From NCBI GenBank assembly GCA_035506295.1, contig DATJPR010000189.1, forward strand, positions 991-64,990: DNA of 64,000 nt, given 5' to 3'. Origin of the DNA: Bacteroidota bacterium (GTDB taxonomy: Bacteria > Bacteroidota > Ignavibacteria > UBA10030 > UBA6906). The translations under genes and the position numbers were made by a program. The number at the start of each line of letters is the position of its first letter. Position 1 is the first letter of the stretch. Of this stretch, positions 10,401 to 18,982 are shown one piece after another. The notes below the pieces were generated by a model. That model did no database searches and had not been told where the DNA came from. It saw only the letters and a list, made by a program, of their open reading frames with translations.

Positions 10401-10854
10401 CGTCTTGTCGCTCACACAGCGCGAGCGAATTCCTCGCCATAATTCCCTCGGCCTGCCCGTAGCGCCGTAGCCGGCCGTCCTTGAGGTAGCTCAACCAACT
10501 GTTGGCTGTTCCGATCCAGAGACTTCCGTCGTGCCCCTCGCAAAGCGAATAAATGGTTTCAGGGTTGTCTGCGTTCGATGTGTCTGTGGGAATGCGGGTG
10601 AACTGGTAGCCGTCGAACCGGAACAGTCCCGCGGTGGTGCCGAACCACAGGTAGCCGTCATGCGTCTGGAGGGAGACATGGACCCCGTTTGCAGGCAATC
10701 CGTTCTGGCGAAGCCAAACGTCATGGCCGTATTGGCTGGCCGATTTCAGAGGGTCAAGCGCCCAGGCGTTGAACGAGGGGAAAAAGAGATGAAAAAGAAA
10801 TACAGCAACGATTGCCCGGGAAATACCCAGCGTGCTGCCTGCACGTGCATCCAT
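7480..10854 (-). CDS. Sensor histidine kinase with periplasmic two-component-regulator beta-propeller repeats + Y_Y_Y domain, TM, PAS, HisKA_2-type kinase core
   Basis: Repeated LW(I/V)GT...GL propeller motifs and Y_Y_Y signature FKYRLEGYDRDWV...YTFRV. A TM segment is followed by PAS and the H-box EIHHRVKNNLQVVSSLL, then an ATPase domain. The tracked ORF starts at TTG 10923. I prefer ATG 10854 (MDARAGSTLGISRAIVAVFLF...NAWA), which gives a signal-like N-terminus. Confidence 0.85.
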   Translation of the reverse strand: MDARAGSTLGISRAIVAVFLFHLFFPSFNAWALDPLKSASQYGHDVWLRQNGLPANGVHVSLQTHDGYLWFGTTAGLFRFDGYQFTRIPTDTSNADNPETIYSLCEGHDGSLWIGTANSWLSYLKDGRLRRYGQAEGIMARNSLALCERQDGHVWLGTSSGLYRFSNGEFTSIPIEPKYISSLAEDRAGRLWVGTYGGLRVFENGREAREVPITAGTRNQVTTSVYVDHQGRIWIGTFNGLFCYDGNSFRAYSTSEGMTDSYVTAICEDRDGNLWVGTNSGGLNRLLNGRWTSFTAVDGLTGNNVSSLLEDREGSLWIGTSEGLDRLKDVPITPFTTKEGLASDHVSSILQAPDGSMYFLSDVSSLVTHLTNGKSTVLKTSVGPAFLSKDGSIWIGQTGLLEKIDNARITRYDTAGGMPNRWITAIGEDQGGLLIYIDEIGLRRFRDGRLSPFLLKSGPYTSTEYVSSMYCGDDGVLWIGTSNGLLRIENGEMQSFSTSDGLVDVFVNSILDDHHGSLWFTSPHAGVTRYMSGKFIPHTTRDGLFTNEIDCALADDNGDLWLSSPRGIGLVSRKELDDFAAKRITSFHTRVFETADGMKTDECFNLWQPAGWKAQDGRLWFPTKKGAVVIDPKTLKTNTIPPPVLIENLVVDEHDVPLNGAIAIPPGGDKFEIHYTALSLLVPTRVHFKYRLEGYDRDWVNADTRRVAYYTGLRPDRYTFRVIACNNDGVWNEQGASLEFTVAPRFIQSIWFYGLCVFAGALVIAGAFRLRVKTLKQRGRQLEELVQQRTKELQSQRSFLRTIIDLNPSFIFAKDREGRFTLANRALASEYGAEAEDLVGKTDADFNSNKDQVNKFRQDDLQVMDTLKEKFDPEEEFTDSTGEKHWKQVIKIPIVSESGKADQMLGVAIDITERKRAEELVKVSLHEKEVLLKEIHHRVKNNLQVVSSLLSLQAGEVQDQKLRGLLGESQQRVRAMALIHEKLYQADNLSSVDFGEYIKAVTRDLRRSFGVGGVSIVPQVEPIRLQIDTAIPCGLIVNELVTNALKHGFSDGREGSVTVTLSRGGPELIRLRVSDDGKGFPVDKDFREMRSMGMTLIVSLTEQISGTIRLERTGGTSFQIEFPG

Positions 10855-11147
10855 GAAGCACCTTGTCGACTGAACTTCGTCCGCGGCCGACGGCGATGTT
10901 CTGCCGAGCCGCATTTGAGACAATCAATGACCCCCCCTCTTGGGTAGTGCAACAAACGTGCCTCGGGTCTGGATCCTTTGCCACTAACAATACCCACAAT
11001 TTAAGGCGAAAATGGCACCTTTCTTTGTGCCGGAAGGTTTTGGTGAACCGGCATGTTTGGCATTCAGGTTAAAATTCCCGCTCGCAAGAACTTAGATCCC
11101 TCCTCCGGGCCAGTGATCGTGCAACCCGACCTTGTGGACGACCGTAC

Positions 11148-11176
11148 TTGAAAATCCCGTCTCCCCAACGTAGTAT
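11148..11176 (+). promoter_or_regulatory. Candidate sigma70-type promoter TTGAAA-N17-TAGTAT for the downstream hydrolase gene
   Basis: Hexamers read directly at 11148-11153 and 11171-11176 with 17-nt spacing, about 100 nt upstream of ATG 11280. Confidence 0.4.
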
Positions 11177-11279
11177 AAGCAGGATTTCCTGCGGGATCCC
11201 ATCCAAGGAGTGTTGAACACTGCACTCCGCGAATGCATCTGATTCCCATCGTACGAAATTACTACAGGGAGTTTCTGCA

Positions 11280-13112
11280 ATGAAGCGTCGCGCTCTCGTC
11301 CTGTTTGCCTTGTCCCTTGCAGCCTCGCCACTGCTATTTGCCGCCGCACGCATTCACGTGTGGGAGAAGCAGGAGCTTGCCTTCACCGCTGCCGGTTCCT
11401 ACAAGAATCCCTACACGGACGTCACCGTCTGGATCGATCTTACCGGGCCCGGCTTCAGCAAGCGGGTCTACGGATTCTGGGACGGTGGGCGGACTTTTCG
11501 TGTGCGCATGGTCGCGACACAGCCAGGCACGTGGTCCTGGAAGAGCGGTTCGCATCCCCTCGATGACGGTCTTGCCGGCAAGGGAGGAACATTCACCGCC
11601 GTTTCATGGACCGATCAGGAGGAGAAGGAAAATCCGACAAGGCACGGGTTCATTCGCGCGACGCTGAACCAGCATGCGCTGCAATACGACGACGGCACGC
11701 CGTTCTTTGCCATCGGCGATACCTGGTACGCGGTCGGGACGAACCGCTTCCGCTGGTACGACGACACACTCGAACGTCCGATCGGGCCCACCGCGGGGTT
11801 CAAGGACTATGTACGATATCGCAAAGCGCAAGGGTACAACTGGGTCAACGTCATCGCCGCGTTTCCCAATTGGATCACTGACGACAAGCCGTGGCATCTT
11901 GTCATGAACGATTCGGCGCACACCACCGTCCGTTCGGCGTGGGTCGAGTTCGGCACCGGGAGCGCCAAGAATATGGATAACGAAGGCGGCCGGCCCTTCC
12001 TCTTCCCCGGGAAGGTCCCGGGGTACGAGAACGAGTTCCCCGATGTGAACCGTATCAACCCCGTGTATTTCAGATACCTCGACCGCAAAATCGACTACCT
12101 TAACGCCAACGGCTTCGTTCCGTTCATTGAAGTCTCCCGGCGTGATGCCGGGCTCTGCTGGTACAAATACTATGGATGGCCTGAATCATACGCGCGATTC
12201 ATCGAATATATCTTTGCCCGGTACCAGGCGAACAACACCATTCTCAGCCCGATTCATCTCGACATCATCGACGAAACTGTGAGCCCCGCGGACTACACCG
12301 CCGCCGTCGATCTCGTTATGCGAAAATTCGGCCCTCCGCCATTCGGCACTCTGCTCTCCGCCAACGCGAATCCCTCGACGCTGGAAAATTGGGGAGACCA
12401 TTCGTGGGTCACGCTTCACCAGATCGGCAACATGCGAGAACACAACAATTACTGGTACCTGACCGAGATCTTCGACCTCAGAGATCCCAGGCCCGCCTTA
12501 AATGGAGAGCCGTATTATGCCGGCTACCGTGACGCTCGCGGCCCGGGAGCGGCCAACTACACCCGCGGGGCAACAGGGGGCTCGCAGCTGGACGACGCGT
12601 TTGTTCGATCGGGAATGTACGGTAGCTTTCTTTCAGGAGGACTTGCGGGTCACGTCTACGGCGCCGAGGGAATATGGGGGGCGGACATCGAACCGACGGC
12701 GCCGGTGCATATGTGGGAAGCATTTCAGTGGCCGTCGGGCGCACAGATGCAGTTTCTTCGGACGTTTGCCTTCTCGATTGGTCGTCGCTATCAGGACCTC
12801 GTTCCGATCGCCGACCTCGTATCGCCGAACAAGACTTCTGTCATTCTGGGGTACCAGCAGTGGGCTTATTGCGCTCGGACCGATGACAGGGAGATTTTTC
12901 TAGCCTACTTCGAACGGGGGTGCCCGCAGGCGCAAATCCGTGGCGCCAGGTTGAACAGCACGTACTCTGCGGAGTGGTTCAATCCTCGCAATGGGACGTG
13001 GTCGGGAGTGGGAGAGGGCAAGGTCACTTCCAACAAAATCGGCATCATCGAGCTCCCGGCTTTCCCCGATAGCACAGACTGGGCCCTCAAGCTGGTGCTC
13101 GTCCGGAATTAG
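11280..13112 (+). CDS. Secreted DUF5060/DUF4038-type glycoside hydrolase (GH140-like)
   Basis: Signal peptide MKRRALVLFALSLAASPLLFAAA. The N-terminal WEKQELAFTA...YKNPY...V...F.GPG....V.GFWDGG..F.VR pattern is what I associate with DUF5060, followed by a large (beta/alpha)-barrel-sized region. Family call is from memory and not verified. Confidence 0.5.
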   Translation: MKRRALVLFALSLAASPLLFAAARIHVWEKQELAFTAAGSYKNPYTDVTVWIDLTGPGFSKRVYGFWDGGRTFRVRMVATQPGTWSWKSGSHPLDDGLAGKGGTFTAVSWTDQEEKENPTRHGFIRATLNQHALQYDDGTPFFAIGDTWYAVGTNRFRWYDDTLERPIGPTAGFKDYVRYRKAQGYNWVNVIAAFPNWITDDKPWHLVMNDSAHTTVRSAWVEFGTGSAKNMDNEGGRPFLFPGKVPGYENEFPDVNRINPVYFRYLDRKIDYLNANGFVPFIEVSRRDAGLCWYKYYGWPESYARFIEYIFARYQANNTILSPIHLDIIDETVSPADYTAAVDLVMRKFGPPPFGTLLSANANPSTLENWGDHSWVTLHQIGNMREHNNYWYLTEIFDLRDPRPALNGEPYYAGYRDARGPGAANYTRGATGGSQLDDAFVRSGMYGSFLSGGLAGHVYGAEGIWGADIEPTAPVHMWEAFQWPSGAQMQFLRTFAFSIGRRYQDLVPIADLVSPNKTSVILGYQQWAYCARTDDREIFLAYFERGCPQAQIRGARLNSTYSAEWFNPRNGTWSGVGEGKVTSNKIGIIELPAFPDSTDWALKLVLVRN

Positions 13113-13125
13113 ACCTGCACTGTTT

Positions 13126-14373
13126 CTACACCCACCCTCGCAGTTTGCATGCCTGTGCCACGCGGGCCACTGCCACAACCATGGCGGCCATTCTCGGATG
13201 GACCTTTTTTTCCCGCACTGCGTCCTGGACGGTTCTGTACGACTTTGCGAGCCGGGCGTCCAGCCGCTCATGCACGGTGTGTTCATCCCAGAAATACGAA
13301 TAGCTGTCCTGGACGATCTCGAAGTACGATACGGTCACGCCGCCGGCGCTCGCGAGAATGTCGGGAATGACATGGATCCCTTTTTTGTGAAGGATCATGT
13401 CCGCCTCCGGCGTCGTGGGTCCGTTTGCCAGCTCGCAGATCACCCGGGCCTTGATCACATCGGCATTGTCTTTGGTAATGGAATTCTCGAGCGCGGCCGG
13501 ATACAGGATCTCAACATCCAGTTCGAGCAGGGACTCCCGCTGAATGGGCGTTGACCCGGGGAAGTTCAGGACGGAACCTGTCTTCAGCTTGTGCATCACC
13601 AGCTCCTTCGGATCCAATCCGGACGGGCAATAGATGGCGCCCCGGGAATCGCTGACCGCAATCAATCTCCCTCCCCCCAGGATCTCCTGGTGCAGGAGGG
13701 CTGCCCGCTGCCCCGCGTTGCCGAACCCCTGGATCGCGTAGTTGCGAGTCGGATCGAACCCGTGCATGGCACATGCCTCGCGCACGGCGATGACTCCCCC
13801 ACGGGCGGTCGCGTCCCGGCGGCCTTCCGTTCCGCCGACCTGCTGCGGCTTGTCCGTCATGACCCCCGGATGGTGCCCTCGCGTCATGGTTTCGTACTCG
13901 TCCATCATCCACGCCATCGTTTGCGGATTCGTATACACATCGGGAGCCGGGATGTCGCGGTCTTCGCCGATGAGTTCCGATAGCCCGCGAACATACTCGC
14001 GCGATAGCGCCTCCAACTCGCGTTCAGACATCTCTTTCGGATCGCAGCGGATCCCACCCTTGGCCCCTCCGAGCGGCAGGTCCATCACCGCCGTTTTCCA
14101 GGTCATCCACGAGGCAAGGGCCCTGATCGTATCGATGGTTTCATCGGGATGAAAGCGGATTCCTCCTTTCGCCGGTCCCCGGGCATGATTGTGCTGGACC
14201 CGATACGCGTGAAAGATCCTGGCTCTCCCGGAGTCCATCTTCACGTGCAGGGTAAATGAGAACTCCCGCTGGGGCCACCGCAGGAGCTCGATCGTCGCTT
14301 CGTCGAGGTGAAGCAATCGGGCGGCCTCCGTGACATGTTGCTGGGCGACGGCGAATGAATTGTAGGATTCCAT
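13126..14373 (-). CDS. gdh: Glutamate dehydrogenase, ~415-aa hexameric class (Glu/Leu/Phe/Val dehydrogenase family)
   Basis: PAKGGIRFHP, the catalytic-Lys motif LPLGGAKGGIRCDP and the dinucleotide fold IQGFGNAG. Length is 415 aa. Confidence 0.9.
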   Translation of the reverse strand: MESYNSFAVAQQHVTEAARLLHLDEATIELLRWPQREFSFTLHVKMDSGRARIFHAYRVQHNHARGPAKGGIRFHPDETIDTIRALASWMTWKTAVMDLPLGGAKGGIRCDPKEMSERELEALSREYVRGLSELIGEDRDIPAPDVYTNPQTMAWMMDEYETMTRGHHPGVMTDKPQQVGGTEGRRDATARGGVIAVREACAMHGFDPTRNYAIQGFGNAGQRAALLHQEILGGGRLIAVSDSRGAIYCPSGLDPKELVMHKLKTGSVLNFPGSTPIQRESLLELDVEILYPAALENSITKDNADVIKARVICELANGPTTPEADMILHKKGIHVIPDILASAGGVTVSYFEIVQDSYSYFWDEHTVHERLDARLAKSYRTVQDAVREKKVHPRMAAMVVAVARVAQACKLRGWV

Positions 14374-14376
14374 AGA

Positions 14377-14586
14377 TCAGTGGCCCGATGGTGGTGGTTT
14401 GATCCCTGACGGCGGGGTCTTCTGTTCTTCGTCGTCGACATCAAGAATGATCCGGTACCAGCAGTTGCGACACATGAGAGCCCGATCGACGCTCAGCAGA
14501 ACCTGTTGCCACGGGCTCAGCTTGCGCCCGCAATGAGGGCAGGCATCATAGACCCGGCGGTGCTGTGTGCGTTCATCGTCTTCCAT
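14377..14586 (-). CDS. Small (69 aa) zinc-ribbon-like protein
   Basis: Two CXXC pairs (CPHCGRK ... CRNCWYR). The ATG overlaps the 3' end of the upstream gene by 14 nt, and the stop lies 3 nt before the gdh ATG. No family recognised. Confidence 0.4.
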   Translation of the reverse strand: MEDDERTQHRRVYDACPHCGRKLSPWQQVLLSVDRALMCRNCWYRIILDVDDEEQKTPPSGIKPPPSGH

Positions 14587-17500
14587 GATTGCTCCCCGGT
14601 TTGAGCACGATGCCGATGCCTTGATGTCCGTTGATCTTGATTGTCAATGGTCTCTCACACCGGACACGGCGGGTAAATGCAAGAGCCTCGTACGGCTCCT
14701 GCGCGAGGAGCCAGTCCCAGTCGACGAACCCCTGGGTGTCATCGGACCCAATGGAGAAGTAGCCGACCATGAATGAGGTGATATTCTGGAAGAAGTGGGA
14801 TCCCTGGGACGGGGCGACCGAGAGTTCTTTGAAGCTCGCTTCCACGATGGCCTTCGCCCCTGCGATTTGCTCCCATGTGACCGGGATCCCGAGCCAGGGA
14901 TCAAGCGATCCCCAACGTCCCAGTCCGACAAGAAGGTAGGGGCGGTGTTCGGCGATTAACTCGCGGTTGAACCGGCTGACTTCCTGGGCAATCTCACGGC
15001 TCTTAGCCCTTTCGAACAGCCTATAGTCCACGACGACAATGTCGCGGATGTCTTCGATCAGGCCATGTCCCAAAACCTGGGAGCTCCTGCAAACGACATC
15101 GCGAGGATCCACCACGCCGACCTCAAGTTCCTCCGGCTCGCGTTGCACGACCAGCGGCCGCATCTGCAGAAGGGCAAACTCCCTGGGTTGACCCTGCGGA
15201 ACCGACATCCGCACGGCAAACTCGATTTCGACCGGTGTCCCCATTCCCCACGTCCCCATGTCGAGGAGGAGGTCGATGATGTCCGCAATCGGGAATACCT
15301 TGTGCTTCAGGACCGGGCTGAAAGTGACCACGCGAATGCCGGTTCTGGAAAGCCCGTCCGTGATGGTGTCGTTGTCAGAAGAGAATGTCGAGCCGACGAA
15401 ACGCAATGGACCGTCCTGTTCCGCCACCTCGAGCGGAAACCGTTTCACCAGCACATCGTGAGTCTCAAACCCGGGATCGGTGGCCGCCGCGAGATCCAGG
15501 GCGAAGAAATCCCGCTGACTGGTGTTGATCGACTCCTCGGTGGTGTAGAATTGAATGAGATCGGTAGGGTACCGCGGGCAAAAGCGTACGGTGTTGCCGC
15601 CGTCCACCACCATCTTCCCGAGGCCGAGGGCGGCAGAGACGATACCGTCCGCGGGTTTTGCCGGCGCGTACGGATAGAAGTTGTAGGACTTTGCGACCCC
15701 CGAGAAATCAGGATAGAACCGCTCGTCATGGCGTGTGCCGGCCATGCGTTGCACGATCACCGCCATCTTTTCCTCTTCGAGGCGGTACGAAGTCACTCCG
15801 ATATACTCCTTCGCACTCTGATAAAATGTTGACGCGTACACGCGCTTGATGCTGCTCAGGAGATCGTTCAGCCGCACCAGCGGATTCTGATGCTGGTTCG
15901 GGATCATGTACGTTTCATACACACCGGCGAATGGATGATATTGCGAATCCTCGAGGAGCGAGGAGGAGCGGACCGCCAGCGGAGTACGGATGATGTCAAG
16001 AAATGCCGCGAGCTCGCCGAGGATCGACTCGGGGAAAGTTGGGGCTTCCAGAAAGCGTCTGGTGATCTCCCGATCGTCCGTACAGGTGATGGCAAATTCC
16101 CGCAATCCATTCGCATCCACGAACTCATCGAAGACATCGGTCCCGATCACGACCGCGCACGGGACGGAAATCACGATGTCCTCAAACCGGTCGCGCACAG
16201 CATAGTCGTTGATGATGGTGTTGACGAAGCCGAGGCCGCGGGCTTTCCCTCCGAGCGATCCCCCGCCGATCCTGGCAAAACTTGTCTCGGGGTCGAATGT
16301 CTCCTTGGCGAAATCCGCGATGATGCCGCGCTGTCGGATGTTCCGGTACTGGTGCAGCGATTGGATGAGGTCGCGACGGAGAGCGGCGGCATTCGGGTAG
16401 TCGCTGACCTTTCTCGGACGGAGCTGGTGCGCGAGCCAGAACTCCGTCCGTGCCTTCAACCAATTGGAAAAATGGTTCCGCTCTCCATGATAGACGATGC
16501 TTTCATCAGGAGCGATTTTGAGCTGCTCTTCGAGACTCCGAAGATCCGTCGCCCTGCCGACCTCCACACCTTCGGTGGTCCGGAAGACAAAATCGCCGAA
16601 GCTGAAATGCTCAACCATGAATTGCCGCAGCTCGTTCAAAAAGAGCGAGGAACCCTTCATGATGAAGGAAGCACCCAGAACATGTGCCTGCGCCCGATTT
16701 TCCTCCATGTTGGAGAGCATGAGGACCGCAAGATCCTGCTGATCGTCCTTTACACGGCGCACAAGTTCAAGCCCGGCCTCGGCGTCTTCTTTTCCCCTGT
16801 GCGGGAAGTCGATGTCCGTGATGATGCCGAGCAAATGCTCCTTGTACGTCTCGTAGTCTTTCCATGCCTCCTCGAATGTCGAAGAGAGGAGGATCTTCGG
16901 CCGCGCCCTCATCCTCAGGAATTTGTGCGTCAGGTTGATTCCTTCGGCGATCAGGCGCTGTGATTGTTTCAGGATTTCCGTGTAGATGCTCGGCAGGATC
17001 GACGAATAGTCCTTGATGTTGTCTTCGACGACCATGATCACCTGAACGCCGACCAGCTTCGTATCGTGTTCGACGTTCATGCGATCCTCGAGGGATTTGA
17101 CGATCGCAATGATGATCCGGAAGTCTCCCTGCCAGATCGCAATCAGATCAAAGACCGAAGTGTCTTTGGTGAGAAGGAGATCCTTCAGCTCCCGGTTGTC
17201 GTACGCGAGAAGCACCACCGGGATGTTCAGTCCCGACTGCTTCACGAGACGAGCAAAGTCCAGGGCGTGCATATCGTCGATGTGCAACGTCGTGATGATC
17301 AGATCAAACCGCCGCTCATCCTTGGCGAGCTGGATCGCATCCGCACCATTCGAGACGCGGGTCAACTCCGGAGAATGACTGAGGTTGAACCCTTCGTACT
17401 CGTTGCGGATCAGCTCGTACAGGCGCCCATCTTCCTCGAAGAGATACAGATCGTACAGGCTCGACACAAGGAGAATATCACGGATGCGGAGACGCATCAG

Positions 17501-17608
17501 GTTTTGAAAACCCTGGAAGCGGTTCCCGTAGCCGTGCTCCACCCAGAGCGGGTCGAACGTCTTCGAAGTATCAACGAAATCGATGGGCATGGGTGCAGGT
17601 TCGATCAC
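14573..17608 (-). CDS. Pseudo-receiver + receiver + PPDK_N (PEP/pyruvate-binding, ATP-grasp) domain protein, paralogue A
   Basis: ILLVSSLYD / DLIITT is a degenerate receiver. VMVVEDN ... GIITDIDFP ... LMLSN ... IMKGS is a canonical receiver. GGGSLGGKARGLGFVN and PLAVRSSSLLEDSQYHPFAGVYETY are PPDK_N hallmarks. The tracked start is GTG 17608; an alternative ATG lies at 17590. Confidence 0.8.
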   Translation of the reverse strand: MIEPAPMPIDFVDTSKTFDPLWVEHGYGNRFQGFQNLMRLRIRDILLVSSLYDLYLFEEDGRLYELIRNEYEGFNLSHSPELTRVSNGADAIQLAKDERRFDLIITTLHIDDMHALDFARLVKQSGLNIPVVLLAYDNRELKDLLLTKDTSVFDLIAIWQGDFRIIIAIVKSLEDRMNVEHDTKLVGVQVIMVVEDNIKDYSSILPSIYTEILKQSQRLIAEGINLTHKFLRMRARPKILLSSTFEEAWKDYETYKEHLLGIITDIDFPHRGKEDAEAGLELVRRVKDDQQDLAVLMLSNMEENRAQAHVLGASFIMKGSSLFLNELRQFMVEHFSFGDFVFRTTEGVEVGRATDLRSLEEQLKIAPDESIVYHGERNHFSNWLKARTEFWLAHQLRPRKVSDYPNAAALRRDLIQSLHQYRNIRQRGIIADFAKETFDPETSFARIGGGSLGGKARGLGFVNTIINDYAVRDRFEDIVISVPCAVVIGTDVFDEFVDANGLREFAITCTDDREITRRFLEAPTFPESILGELAAFLDIIRTPLAVRSSSLLEDSQYHPFAGVYETYMIPNQHQNPLVRLNDLLSSIKRVYASTFYQSAKEYIGVTSYRLEEEKMAVIVQRMAGTRHDERFYPDFSGVAKSYNFYPYAPAKPADGIVSAALGLGKMVVDGGNTVRFCPRYPTDLIQFYTTEESINTSQRDFFALDLAAATDPGFETHDVLVKRFPLEVAEQDGPLRFVGSTFSSDNDTITDGLSRTGIRVVTFSPVLKHKVFPIADIIDLLLDMGTWGMGTPVEIEFAVRMSVPQGQPREFALLQMRPLVVQREPEELEVGVVDPRDVVCRSSQVLGHGLIEDIRDIVVVDYRLFERAKSREIAQEVSRFNRELIAEHRPYLLVGLGRWGSLDPWLGIPVTWEQIAGAKAIVEASFKELSVAPSQGSHFFQNITSFMVGYFSIGSDDTQGFVDWDWLLAQEPYEALAFTRRVRCERPLTIKINGHQGIGIVLKPGSNHGRR

Positions 17609-17620
17609 GCGGTAAAGGAC

Positions 17621-18982
17621 TTAGTTGACCCCTTGATCCATCATGGCATCGGCGACTTTCAGGAACCCCCCGATGTTTGCTCCATTGACGTAATTGCCGG
17701 GCGTGCCGAACCGATCTGCCACCTCAACGCATGTCCGGTGAATGCTGCTCATGATCATCCGCAACCGGGTGTCGACTTCCTCCCGGGTCCACGGGAGACG
17801 CATGCTGTTTTGCGCCATCTCCAGCCCGGACACCGCGACGCCGCCGGCATTGGCCGCCTTCCCCGGACCATAGAGGATTTTGGCATCGAGAAATTGCTTT
17901 ACCCCTTCCAGGGCGGTCGGCATATTGGCGCCTTCAGCAACGACGTACACGCCGTTCTTAATGAGGTTGGCTGCGTCAATCCCGTTGACCTCATTCTGAG
18001 TCGCACTGGGGAAGGCGCAATCGGCCTTGTGGTTCCACAGCGGATTGTAATTCATTTTTGGATCCACGGGGGTGTACACAGAACCCTTGTATTTGGCCGC
18101 ATAGTCCTCGATTCTGCCGCGCCGCACGTTTTTCAGATCCATCACGAACGCCAGCTTGTCCTTCGTCACTCCCTGCTCATCATAAATATAACCGTTGGAA
18201 TCGGAAAGTGTGACCACCTTGCCGCCAAGATCGAGGATCTTTTCGACGGTGTACTGTGCGACATTTCCGCTTCCGGACACAAGGCAGATTTTTCCTTCAA
18301 GAGTCTGGCGTCTGGTCGACAGCATTTCGCTCGCGAAATACACACATCCGTACCCCGTCGCTTCGGGTCGAATAAGAGACCCTCCCCAATTGAGACCCTT
18401 TCCCGTGAGAACGCCGGTGAATTCGTTCCGAAGCTTCTTGTACCGCCCGAACAGGAAGCCGATTTCCCGCCCTCCGACGCCGATGTCGCCTGCGGGAACA
18501 TCCGTATCAGGCCCGATATGGCGGTGGAGCTCATCCATGAACGCCTGGCAGAACCGCATGATTTTCAAATCGCTCTTTCCCTTGGGGTCAAAATCCGACC
18601 CTCCCTTTCCGCCGCCCATGGGGAGAGTCGTCAGGCTGTTCTTGAACACCTGTTCGAAAGCGAGGAATTTCAAAATGCCAAGCGTCACCGAGGGATGGAA
18701 TCGGAGCCCGCCCTTATATGGTCCAATCGCGCTGTTCATCTCGATGCGGTAGCCACGGTTGATCTGAATCTCACCCTGATCGTCCACCCATGCGACGCGG
18801 AAGGTGATCACGCGCTCCGGCTCGATGATACGCTCGAGGATGCGCGCCGTCCGATATTCAGGATGGCGCTCGAGAAGGATCGCCAGTGATTCGGCCACTT
18901 CTTCGACAGCCTGATGGAACTCCGGTTGCGCGGGGTTCTTCGCTTTGACTTCTTCCATAAGATCACGAACATACGGTGACAT
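17621..18982 (-). CDS. gdhA: NADP-specific-type glutamate dehydrogenase (GdhA class, ~450 aa)
   Basis: YKGGLRFHPSV, PMGGGKGGSDFDPKGKS and VSGSGNVAQY. I chose ATG 18982 (MSPYVRDLMEEVKAKNP) because AGGAGGA lies 4 nt upstream; the tracked ORF extends to 19030. Confidence 0.9.
   Translation of the reverse strand: MSPYVRDLMEEVKAKNPAQPEFHQAVEEVAESLAILLERHPEYRTARILERIIEPERVITFRVAWVDDQGEIQINRGYRIEMNSAIGPYKGGLRFHPSVTLGILKFLAFEQVFKNSLTTLPMGGGKGGSDFDPKGKSDLKIMRFCQAFMDELHRHIGPDTDVPAGDIGVGGREIGFLFGRYKKLRNEFTGVLTGKGLNWGGSLIRPEATGYGCVYFASEMLSTRRQTLEGKICLVSGSGNVAQYTVEKILDLGGKVVTLSDSNGYIYDEQGVTKDKLAFVMDLKNVRRGRIEDYAAKYKGSVYTPVDPKMNYNPLWNHKADCAFPSATQNEVNGIDAANLIKNGVYVVAEGANMPTALEGVKQFLDAKILYGPGKAANAGGVAVSGLEMAQNSMRLPWTREEVDTRLRMIMSSIHRTCVEVADRFGTPGNYVNGANIGGFLKVADAMMDQGVN

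Noticed and set aside
16964-18889. 641-aa plus-strand ORF, and similar long ORFs at 15890..16963, 20836..22038, 37210..38661, 47368..49326, 51917..53950, 55719..57203 and 58200..59438.
   Set aside because: All lie antisense to genes with unmistakable family motifs (GDH, PPDK_N proteins, metG, topA, lysS and others). Their translations are Arg/Asp/His/Leu-rich with no recognisable motifs. These are typical shadow ORFs of GC-rich DNA.
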